Shown here one piece after another: positions 1 to 12,800 of a stretch of 64,000 nucleotides of DNA (position 1 is the first letter of the stretch; every line of letters starts with the position of its first letter). Location of the stretch: positions 13,826,001-13,890,000 of the forward strand of contig NC_092671.1 of NCBI RefSeq assembly GCF_964355755.1. Direction: 5' to 3'. The notes beneath the pieces were generated by a model. It did not search any database and was not told the DNA's origin. It worked only from the letters and a program-made list of their open reading frames with translations. This DNA comes from Antedon mediterranea (Eukaryota; Animalia; Echinodermata). The position numbers were made by a program, and so were the translations under genes.

Positions 1-842
1 AGTTATTATACAACAAAATTCTCTTTTCCATGTTAAACCGTTCAATAATGAATTATCATAGCAAACTTTCATTTGTTATTATTTTTCATATTTAATTTTT
101 GTAGATTGCATATTTGCTTTAATTTCAAAGTGTTGTGACCAAATGTAGCTCATACAAAGTTAATGTTAACACTAACATTTAATAGTGCAGATTTCTATAG
201 TATTAAGCATAATAAGCTTGAAACAAAATAATATTGAATGGTGAAATTATTTATCAATAAAATTAACATGAACATACTGAAACAACTAAACACATATTTG
301 TACACTCACTGTTGAGCTACTAGTTTTGTATTACAGTGTGTATATTTAGTTTTTTGTGGCTAATTTTCTATTTTTTTAGACTAAATCCGACGATACATTA
401 ACCAATTGAACTAAATTTAATTGTTATTGATTTTAATGTTGCAAAGCAAAAATAGAATTTTCTAGGTATCAACTAACATTGTAATATAAAAATAGCAAAC
501 AAACCTACTGTACAGGTACTAAGTACAGTATTATACAATATCATTCTCTTTTCCATATTTTAAACCTTTCAATAATGTGTTGTACACTTGTACAACTCAT
601 ATAGGTATAGTAGCCTACTCATGTTGGCTTTCTTAATATTCTTAATCAATTATCATAGCAAATTTTCATTTGTTGATTTATTTTTCATAGTATTTTTTTT
701 TTGGTAGATTGCAATATTTGCTTTAATTTTAAATGTTGTGACCAAATGTAGTTCATACAAAATTAATAATGCACATTTCTATAATATTAAACATAATAAG
801 CTTGAAATAAAATAATGTTAAAATACTTCATTTAAAACTTAC

Positions 843-3800
843 CTGTTTCACAGAAGGGTCCAGTGAAACATGATGGACATGTACATGTGTAAGCAGTACA
901 GGAACCAGCAACAGTGTTACAAGCAGCTCCATTCTGACAAACGTTATTATCACAAGCATTTGCTGAATTGAATGAATGAATGTCATTGGGATGTTATTAA
1001 CAACAAACAAAATAAAGTTAACCATTTAAACATGCATTAAATAAGATAACATAATAATATTCTGTGTCTTAATGTAGTTGGATGTTGGATAACTTAAATC
1101 AAAGTACAGTAGTAAGTAATCAAATGCTGTAATTCATAATTGTATAAAGTATAGGTACTAAAATAAAGTAATTAGCTGATAATCAGGTTTATTTCAAGAT
1201 TGGATATCGCAACTACAAAAACGTCTAAAAAATGGATAAACATGCATATTGCCTTTTTCTTCTTTACAGTTTGTATTCAAATAATTGACAGGTTTTCATA
1301 ATTTTGGTTAAAATATTATCACACAATACATTAAAGACATACATTCACATTCATACACAGACATTTTTTAATAGCTCATTAAGTACAAAAGATATACTGT
1401 AAACATTGCAATTATTAACCAAAACTAAGCGTTATGCTTTTTATCACTTTATTAATGGGAACACCCAAGCAAAGTTATGGGTTTTTGGGGTTTTATACTG
1501 AAAATGTATTACTTACTCAAAAGAATATTGGATAGCCTTATAGGGTTTATAAACTTACTGGTTTCACAGAATCTTCCAGTGTAGCATGACGGACATGTGC
1601 AGGTGAAAGTATGACAAAAAGGTCCAGCAACATCGTTACAAACACCTCCATTCTGACAAAGGTCATCACTACAACTAATAATTACTGAAATATCAAATAT
1701 TTGTAAACATTAGTAAAGTATTTTATAATATGATGTTACTGTTGTTTATTATTGCAAAAGAGTTATTTTATTATTAATTAGGCCAAATAAATAACAAGCA
1801 ATGTTTCATCACCTACGAGTGATGCTATCAGTATGCAGACATGGTTCTTAAAATACAATATTCTACATGTCATTTAAATACTATAGTAATAATATGTCCA
1901 GCTGAATGTTGTTTCAGAATTTATTTATTTCATACATAAGCACTGTTTAATCATGGAGCTATAAATTCATGGCTTAACAGTTGCTGTTGCTGAGTGGGCA
2001 GGTCAAATGTGCATGCTACAATCAGTGTGGCCAAAGATTTAAAAAAAACACAAATTACTCCATTTTCATGTATTCTGCCATTTTGTGAAATTTAAAGTGT
2101 GTGCATGATTATCAGAATAAGTTTTGGAATAAGCTTTTAAAATCATTGGCCATGAATTTGACATACCTTTTCATTAAGTAAAAAAGAAATTACAAAATAC
2201 AAATATATTAATATATTTTAATTAATTATGCTATAAATGTTATATATTTTATTACAGTCAGTCAACTATCTGAGTTTCACATGTGGCGACTTAACACTGT
2301 GATCGTACTAATTTCAGGCAATCTGGGATTCGGCAAATCTTTTTAACTTACATGTTTGACAGAATATTTCAGTGTAACATCCGTAACAGGTACATGTGTA
2401 AGCAGTACAAGAACCAGCAACTGGGACACAAACAGCTCCATTTTGACAAGCATGATTGTTACAAGCATTCACAGCTGTAATATTGAATAAGTATGGTCAA
2501 ATTATTTATCAATAAAATAGTTTTTGTACACACTGTTGAGCTAATAGTTTTGTATTGCAATGTATATATTTAGTTGTTTTTTTTGTTTCATTTTAAAATG
2601 ATTAACTTATTTTTTGTGGGTAATTTAATATTTTTTAGATTAAATCTGATGACACATTAACCATTTAATAGTGCATATTTCTATAGTATTAAACTTAATA
2701 AGCTTGAAATAAAATAATGTTACAATACTTCATTTAAAACTTACCTGTTTCACAGAATGATCCAGAGAAACATGATGGACATGTACAAGTGTAAGCAGTA
2801 CAGGAACCAGCAACAGGGTTACAAGCAGCTCCATTCTGACAAAGGTTACCACTGCAAGCAATCACAGCTGTAATATTGAATAAGCATGGTGAAATTATTT
2901 ATCATACAATTAACATGTACATTCTGAAATAACTACACAAGTTTTTGTACACACTGTTGAGCTACTAGTTTTGTAATAAAATGCATATATTTAGTTTTGT
3001 TTGCTTTATTTAAAATGATTAAACTTATTTTTTGTGACTAATTTTCTATTTTTTTAAGATTAAGATTTTAATTGAACTAAATTAAATTGTTATTATTAAA
3101 TGTTGCAAAGCAAAACCCAAGACATGAGAATGCGGTATAAGTACTATAACAGGTTTTTAAATCTGTAACATTATATCAATATTTTACTTTTTAAACCAGT
3201 TTGAATAAGACTGCAATAAATAACTCAAAATATTGTAGAAAAAAAAGAAATCTATTTATGACATTATATTTGTTATCATAATAAATCCATTGTATATTGC
3301 AATCCAAATAGACTGCTGTGACCATATGTTGCTAATACAAAGTTAATGTTAACACTAATATTTAATAGCACACATTTCTATAGTATTAAACATAATAAGC
3401 CTGAAATAAAAAGATGTTACATGAACCAATAACAGTGTTACAAGCACCACCATTTTGACAAATGTTATTACTACAAGCATTCACACCTGTAATATTGAAT
3501 AAGTATGGTGAAATTATATATCAATAAAATTAACATGAACATATTGAAACAATAGTGTATTGTATTGTATTGTGTATATTTAGTTTTTTTTTTGGCTAAT
3601 TTTTTATTTTTTAAATAAATCTGATGATAAATTAACCAATTGAACTAAATTTAATTGGTATTAAATTAAATATTGCAAAGCAAAACTAGGATTTTGATGG
3701 GCATCAACAAACCTTTGTAATATACAAATACTAAACAAACGTATACTAAGTACAGTATTATAGAACATCATTCTCTTTTCCATATTTTGAACCTTTCAAT

Positions 3801-6800
3801 AATGTGTTGTACAACTCATAGAGGTACTCATGTTGGATTTCTTAATAACATTCTTAATCAATTATCATAGCAAACTTTCATTTGTTGGTTTTTTTTGTAG
3901 ATTGCAATATTTGCTTTAATTTTAAAGATGTATTGTCCCTTGAAACACAAAGAATGAAGGTTAAAATATTCGAAATTTAAATTGGCCATATCAAAGTAAT
4001 ATTAAAGTTATTCACTTTGAGTCGAAAATTCAAGCCAAAAACAACAAGTTTACGTAATTAACAGGTAAATTAATTTGATTACATTTCGTCTGGAAAATCG
4101 TCGCGAAAGAAAGTAAACAAAGATTTCAAACCACGAGTATGCATTATGCACATGATGCTAATTAGGATTGTTTACAACTCGTCACGGTTGAGAAGGTGTT
4201 CTCACACAGATCGCAAGGAAGTTTTATGATTATGCATACAGAGTAGCCAAACAAGCATGTTGCATTATGAGATATGTTTTGATCAAGTTTTTTTTTTAAA
4301 CTAAGCTATATGATTTTTGTCACTATATTAATGGGAACACCCAAGCAATATAAATCTATATATTTATGTATTAGGAATTCATTCACATGACAATCTTGTT
4401 CAAGGACAAACATATACACAAGATGCTTCACCAAAATAATCTTGGGAGTGGAACTGTTGATTAAATTATTTATGATAACAAAATAAATAAAACCTATAAA
4501 GCCTAGATAATGCAACCGGGACACAAGAAGCTCTATTTTGACAGGCATGATTGGTACAAGCATTTGCTGAATTAAATAAAATGAATATCATTGGGATGTT
4601 ATAAGCAATCAAATAGTGTGAATGTTATAAACATTATAAAGTGTATTAATCTTTAATCATATTTAAACATACATTAAATAAGAAACATATTACTAAAAAA
4701 ATATATGATAATGATCTATATCTTAATGGAGTTGGACGTTGGATTACATCAAAGTACAGAAGCAATCAAATGTCATAATTCAATATATAATAGTGCGCAT
4801 TTCTATATTAACTATATTATGTTACAATGCTTTATTTAAAACTTACCTGTTTCACAGAATGATCCAGAGAAACATGATGGACATGTACAAGTGTAAGCAG
4901 TACAGGAACCAGCAACAGGGTTACAAGCAGCTCCATTCTGACAAAGGTTACCACTGCAAGCAATCACAGCTGTAATATTGAATAAGTATGGTGAAATTAT
5001 TTATCAATTAAATTAACATGAACATACTGAAACAACAAAAACTGTTGTACACACTGTTGAGCTACTAGTTTTGTAATAAAATGTGTATATTTAGTTTTGT
5101 TTGCTTTATTTAATTATTTATTTTTTGTGAGGAATTTTCTATTTTTTTAAGATTAAGATTTTAATTGAACTAAATTAAATTGTTATTATTAAATGTTACA
5201 AAGCAAAACCCAAGACATGAGAATGCGGTATAAGTACTATAACAGGTTTTTAAATCTGTAACATTAAATCAATATTTTACTTTTTAAACCAGTTTGAATA
5301 AGACTGCAATAAATAACTCAAAATATTGTAGAAAAAAAAAGAAATCTATTTATGACATTATATTTGTTATCATAATAAATCCATTGTATATTGCAATCCA
5401 AATAGACTCCTGTGACCATATGTTGCTAATACAAAGTTAATGTTAACACTAATATTTAATAGCACACATTTCTATAGTATTAAACATAATAAGCCTGAAA
5501 TAAAAAGATGTTACATGAACCAATAACAGTGTTACAAGCACCACCATTTTGACAAATGTTATTACTACAAGCATTCACACCTGTAATATTGAATAAGTAT
5601 GGTGAAATTATTTATCAATAAAATAGTTTGTGTACACACTGTTGAGCTACTAGTTCTATTGCAATGTATATATTTAGTTTTTTTTGCTTCATTTAAAATG
5701 ATTAATTTATTTTTTGTGGGTAATTTTCTATTTTTCAAATTAAATCTGATGACACATTAACCAATTGAACTAAATATAATCGTTATTGAATTAAATGTTG
5801 CAAAGCAAAACTATGATTTTGACAGGTATCAACAAACATTGAAATATAAAAATAGTAAACAAACCTACTGTACAGGTACTAAGTACAGTTATTATACAAC
5901 AAAATTCTCTTTTCCATGTTAAACCGTTCAATAATGAATTATCATAGCAAACTTTCATTTGTTATTATTTTTCATATTTAATTTTTGTAGATTGCATATT
6001 TGCTTTAATTTCAAAGTGTTGTGACCAAATGTAGCTCATACAAAGTTAATGTTAACACTAACATTTAATAGTGCAGATTTCTATAGTATTAAGCATAATA
6101 AGCTTGAAACAAAATAATATTGAATGGTGAAATTATTTATCAATAAAATTAACATGAACATACTGAAACAACTAAACACATATTTGTACACTCACTGTTG
6201 AGCTACTAGTTTTGTATTACAGTGTGTATATTTAGTTTTTTGTGGCTAATTTTCTATTTTTTTAGACTAAATCCGACGATACATTAACCAATTGAACTAA
6301 ATTTAATTGTTATTGATTTTAATGTTGCAAAGCAAAAATAGAATTTTCTAGGTATCAACTAACATTGTAATATAAAAATAGCAAACAAACCTACTGTACA
6401 GGTACTAAGTACAGTATTATACAATATCATTCTCTTTTCCATATTTTAAACCTTTCAATAATGTGTTGTACACTTGTACAACTCATATAGGTATAGTAGC
6501 CTACTCATGTTGGCTTTCTTAATATTCTTAATCAATTATCATAGCAAATTTTCATTTGTTGATTTATTTTTCATAGTATTTTTGTTTTGGTAGATTGCAA
6601 TATTTGCTTTAATTTTAAATGTTGTGACCAAATGTAGTTCATACAAAATTAATAATGCACATTTCTATAATATTAAACATAATAAGCTTGAAATAAAATA
6701 ATGTTACAATACTTCATTTAAAACTTACCTGTTTCACAGAAGGGTCCAGTGAAACATGATGGACATGTACATGTGTAAGCAGTACAGGAACCAGCAACAG

Positions 6801-9800
6801 TGTTACAAGCAGCTCCATTCTGACAAACGTTATTATCACAAGCATTTGCTGAATTGAATGAATGAATGTCATTGGGATGTTATTAACAACAAACAAAATA
6901 AAGTTAACCATTTAAACATGCATTAAATAAGATAACATAATAATATTCTGTGTCTTAATGTAGTTGGATGTTGGATAACTTAAATCAAAGTACAGTAGTA
7001 AGTAATCAAATGCTGTAATTCATAATTGTATAAAGTATAGGTACTAAAATAAAGTAATTAGCTGATAATCAGGTTTATTTCAAGATTGGATATCGCAACT
7101 ACAAAAACGTCTAAAAAATGGATAAACATGCATATTGCCTTTTTCTTCTTTACAGTTTGTATTCAAATAATTGACAGGTTTTCATAATTTTGGTTAAAAT
7201 ATTATCACACAATACATTAAAGACATACATTCACATTCATACACAGACATTTTTTAATAGCTCATTAAGTACAAAAGATATACTGTAAACATTGCAATTA
7301 TTAACCAAAACTAAGCGTTATGCTTTTTATCACTTTATTAATGGGAACACCCAAGCAAAGTTATGGGTTTTTGGGGTTTTATACTGAAAATGTATTACTT
7401 ACTCAAAAGAATATTGGATAGCCTTATAGGGTTTATAAACTTACTGGTTTCACAGAATCTTCCAGTGTAGCATGACGGACATGTGCAGGTGAAAGTATGA
7501 CAAAAAGGTCCAGCAACATCGTTACAAACACCTCCATTCTGACAAAGGTCATCACTACAACTAATAATTACTGAAATATCAAATATTTGTAAACATTAGT
7601 AAAGTATTTTATAATATGATGTTACTGTTGTTTATTATTGCAAAAGAGTTATTTTATTATTAATTAGGCCAAATAAATAACAAGCAATGTTTCATCACCT
7701 ACGAGTGATGCTATCAGTATGCAGACATAGTTCTTAAAATACAATATTCTACATGTCATTTAAATAATACTAATAATATGTCCAGCTGAATGTTGTTCAG
7801 AATTTATTTATTTCATACATTAGCACTGTTTAATCATGGAGCTATAAATTCATGGCTTAACAGTTGCTGTTGCTGAGTGGGCAGGTCAAATGTGCATGCT
7901 ACAATCAGTGTGGCCATGAATTTGACATACCTTTTCATTAAGTAAAAAAGAAATTACAAAATACAAATATATTAATATAATAATTTTAATTAATTATGCT
8001 ATAAATGTTATATATTTTATTACAGTCAGTCAACTATCTGAGTTTCACATGTGGCGACTTAACACTGTGATCGTACTAATTTCAGGCAATCTGGGATTCG
8101 GCAAATCTTTTTAACTTACATGTTTGACAGAATATTTCAGTGTAACATCCGTAACAGGTACATGTGTAAGCAGTACAAGAACCAGCAACTGGGACACAAA
8201 CAGCTCCATTTTGACAAGCATGATTGTTACAAGCATTCACAGCTGTAATATTGAATAAGTATGGTCAAATTATTTATCAATAAAATAGTTTTTGTACACA
8301 CTGTTGAGCTAATAGTTTTGTATTGCAATGTATATATTTAGTTGTTTTTTTTGTTTCATTTTAAAATGATTAACTTATTTTTTGTGGGTAATTTAATATT
8401 TTTTAGATTAAATCTGATGACACATTAACCATTTAATAGTGCATATTTCTATAGTATTAAACTTAATAAGCTTGAAATAAAATAATGTTACAATACTTCA
8501 TTTAAAACTTACCGGTTTCACAGAATGTTCCAGAAAAACATGTTGGACATATACATATGTAAGCAGTACAGGAACCAGTAACAGGGTTACAAGCAGCTCC
8601 ATTCTGACAAAGGTTACCACTACAAGCATTCACAGCTGTAATATTGAATAAGTATGGTGAAATTATTTATCAATAAAATAGTTTTGTATACAATGTTGAG
8701 CAAATAGTTTTGTATTACAGTGTGTACATTTAGTTTTTTTTGTTTCAAAATGATTAAACTTATTTTTTTAGATTAAATCTGATAACGCATTAACCAATTA
8801 ACTAAATTTAATTGTTATTGAATTAAATTTTGCAAAGAAAAATTAGGATTTTGATGGCATCAATAAACATTGTAATACAAAAATAGCAAACAAACCTACT
8901 GTACAGGTACTAAGTACAGTATTATACAATATCATTCTCTTTTCCATATTTTAAACCTTTCAATAATGTGTTGTACACTTATGCAACTCATATAGGTATA
9001 GTAGCCTGCTCATGTTGGTTTTCTTAATAATATTAATTATTAATTATCATAGCAAACTTTCATTTGTTGATCTATTTTTCAAATGTATTTTTTTTTTTTG
9101 TAGATTGCAATATTTGCTTTAATTTAAAATGTTGTGACCAAATGTAGCTCATACAAAGTTAATGTTAACACTAACATTTAATAGCACACTTTTCTATAAT
9201 ATTAAACATAATAAGCTGGAAATAAAATAATGTTATAATTAGCTTCATTTAAAACTTACCTGTTTGACAGAATGATCCAGAAGCACATGATGGACATGTA
9301 CAAGTGTAAGCAGTACAGGAACCAGTAACAGGGTTACAAGCACCTCCATTCTGACACTGGTTATTATCACACGCATTTAATACTAAATTATAAATAAACA
9401 TTCTTTGAACTATTTAAACTGATTTGAAAGAATAAAATGCATTTTTTCGATCTAATTGAAGGTCACAAACTACATTTTATACAAAAATATATACTATGAT
9501 TTAATGATTTTGGGGAGAAAAGATAGAGGGCGGGAGATGAGCAGGCAAAGTTGGAAAGGAGGAGAAGCAGAGAACAGATGTGTAAATAAAAAGGAGAGAC
9601 ATTAGAGAGATAGGAAAACAAAGTGTTCAATAGAAAACTGGTTGAGATACAGTTTAGCCAGTGGTTACACCTACTGGTTGTGATACTGTTTAGCCAGTGG
9701 TTATCGCCTACGGTTTGAGATACAGTTTAGGCAATGGTTACGCCTACTGGTTGTGATACAGTTGTTGGTGGTTACGTTGTGGTGGCGGTTATGCAGTTAT

Positions 9801-12800
9801 TGGTGGATACGCCGTTGTTGGTGGTTACGTTGTTGGTGGTTACGCGGTTATTGGTGGTTACGCGGTTATTGGTGGTTACGCCGTTACTGGTGGTTACGCT
9901 GATATTGGTGGTTACGCTGCACGGCGTAAGATTAACACTAATCCTAATTCATAATTATCAGTTGTTACTTATAATTTGGAATCAAAGAAAGAATAAAGGA
10001 GGCCACTCCAAAAGTTGTAATTGTCATTGATTTATCTCTTTTGTTCGAGTGTATAACAGCAACCGCAGACTTCCCCGCAGGGGACGAAACCCATAGCTCA
10101 ATTTCGTTACATTGGTGGCAGCGGTGGGATTGGTCGTTTTGCGGAAGAAATCAGTCACACAATGGAACAATTGCAAGAGTCATTAGATGTCGTGAGGTGG
10201 TTTCCCGAATGATCGTAAAATCAAAACGGTACTGGGTATGACCAACTAGCGTTATTGTCACCGACTAGTCATCCATTCATAGAAGTACTGATGTAGTAGC
10301 CTACCTGTACGGTGACCATAGAATGTGACCCGAGGCATGACTAACTACGACTTTTAGTTGATAGAAGATTGAAAAACTGGTTAAGAAGAGTTGTACTGTA
10401 TGTGGATGTTTAATGAAATTATGTCAATAATGTTTACACACTAAGCATATAAATAGTAATGTTTGTTAGTAAAAATAATTTTGAGTTAATAAGAATAAGA
10501 TATAAGGAAGAAAAGCAAAGAGACTATGGAGCGGCTATTCCTGAATATACAATACTAAGTATCGTAGATTTAAATTATAAATTTTAGGCGATCTTGTCAA
10601 AGGTCAAGCGCCTATAGCCTGCCACGTTTCGATATTCAATATTGAATAATTAATTAAAAATTTACCTTAAAATGGTTTTGAACTGAACCGGTGGATGTCT
10701 TGTCGTTGTATGGTTTTAGTTTAAAATACTATATGTTCGATATTAGTGCGTGTGCGTAATAGAATGAAAGAGGGGGATAAACCGACTGGAGAACGAGGTA
10801 ACAAACATGGACTCGGCACAGCCGTTAAGTTCCGGTATTGGACATAGCTCCCGGCCACATGGAAGTATCGGACGTACGCCTTTAGAGAGAGATAGTTCGA
10901 AATAGAGGGCGGAGGAAATCGATAGTCTGGAGATATTAGGATCCCCTGTTGGACAGTTGACAGGAAAGAGAAGGTAGCGGCCAACCGAAGTGGACGCCTT
11001 TACTCCGCCCTGGATAATCGGAGCGGAAGCGATGCAGAAGAGGTTTGGAAAGAACCTCCGATGCCAGAAGCCAATCATACACCCCGACAGGTTTGAAGGA
11101 AAGGTGCCTTGGAGAGATTATCTTCAACATTTTCGGGCCTGCGTGGGGGCGAACGGATGGACGGAGGAACAAGTCGGGGCGTTCCTCAAAGTCAGCCTAA
11201 AATGAACAGCCTTGAAGGTACTGGCTGTGGCTCCATCCGAGAGTTATCCTACCTGGCATACCCGGAATTTCCTGAAGCAGGAGTAGAGCGGCTGGCAAAA
11301 GGACACTTTAGTGATGTCGTGAGGAGAGCGGAGATTAGAGAAGGAATTTTGAAAGTGGCTCTGACCACACTGGATGATGCCATCAGAGCAGCGCTATCCA
11401 CGGACAGTTTCCTCAAGCTTGAGGAGCAACGGAACCCATGAGCACCCCCGAAATACCTACGGCCGATCACAAACGAGCCTCGTCAAAGGCAGGACGATTT
11501 TGAAGAAAGAATGGAGAGATGGATAGCACGGGTAGAGGCACGCATGCTGCCCCACTCAACAGAACAGCAGACGACGAGGAGGCGGGATAAACAATGGGAA
11601 ACCAGAGAAGAAAGACAGGAGAGGGTGCGTAGGAGTGTCTGTTATAATTGCCAACAGAAGGGCCATCTCGCCAGACAGCTGTGCCGAAACTGAGCGACAG
11701 ACTGGGGAAAAGAGCAGCCGATTCAAGGGGTTGAGAGGAGGCTGGAAGAGATCGAAGGCCAAGTGAACCAAAGAGAAAGAGGAACTACTCCTCTACACAA
11801 ACAATAAACCACACCTTCATCCAGACAGTAAGCCAACGTGTAAAAACAGAATACTCCAAATACCACCCTAGCAAAGGTCTATACGTAGGATCAGCCACTG
11901 TTAACGGGACGAAAACAACACTATTGGTTGATACTGGAGCGTCAGATACAGTCCTGTCATCCCGATTGTACTACGAAATACCAACGGAACGCCGACCCAA
12001 GCTCAAACGGGATTCTCGAGAATGCCAACAAGCAGACGACAGTCGCTTAAACACTATAGGACGTACCTGGGTAGGGTTACAAGTTGGCCACACTTTTAGG
12101 GTGACGGAAGTAGGGTTTGCAGATTTAAAAATCTCGGGAGTACTTGGGAGGAATTATCTACTAGGCACAGGAGCGGCACTAGACCTTTGTAGGCTACAAA
12201 TGAAGGTGGATGGAGAGGTGATCGAACTGCTAGGATCTGATGAGACCTGGTATCTGCAGACCAGGTCGAAACTCATGCCCTTCATCCGGAGGATCCTGAG
12301 CCCAGACAGCGACCTTTCCCAGAACACCTGGTGGACCTTTTAAGCCGAAGCGTAACCGCTTTAGAGCCGCAATACCACAGGCAGGTGGCGTCTTTACTAG
12401 CTAGGTTCAAAGACGTCTTCTCGGAAGGAGATTTGGACCTGGGAAGGACGGATAAAGTAAAATACCACATTGACGTTGGAACTTCTCGGCCTGTCAAGGA
12501 ACAGCCAAGACACCAGGCGGCAGACGCCAGCAAGGAGATAGAACGTCAGGTCGGGGACTTATTAGAGAGAGGACTTATCGAACATTCCGACAGCCCGTGG
12601 GTGTCAAACGTCGTATTGGTCACTAAGAAAGACGGCACCAAGTGGTTCTGTGTGAACTACCAGCGGCTGAATTCAGTTACGATCAAAGACGCTTACCCAA
12701 TCCCTAGCATCAACGACTTCTTAGATGCGCTTTCGAACAGCCGGGTTAAAATTAAAGCCCAAGAAGTGCACCTTATTTAAATAGTAGGTCTCGTACCTTG

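Larger units (their letters stand above)
1..8512. repeat. Tandem segmental duplications of EGF exon+intron units
   Basis: 1-~2744 is near-identical to 5887-~8512 (offset 5886, then about 5768 after a 119-bp indel); ~2735-3525 matches ~4835-5620. Exon pairs 843/6729, 1559/7445, 2352/8120 and 2745/4847 are identical. Confidence 0.92.

Noticed and set aside
828-6911. ORF-track peptides at 828, 4306, 4739, 6714 (and 29301)
   Set aside because: Wrong-frame or antisense readings of EGF exons and their flanking introns.
843-9382. Notch, fibropellin or laminin identity for the EGF gene
   Set aside because: No CUB or calcium-binding/O-fucose consensus in the repeats, a Kunitz near the N-terminus, and Cys spacing unlike laminin-LE; no gene symbol assigned.
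9490-9500. Gypsy target-site duplication
   Set aside because: The flanks (ATACTA vs ATATTC) do not give a clean 4-6 bp match.
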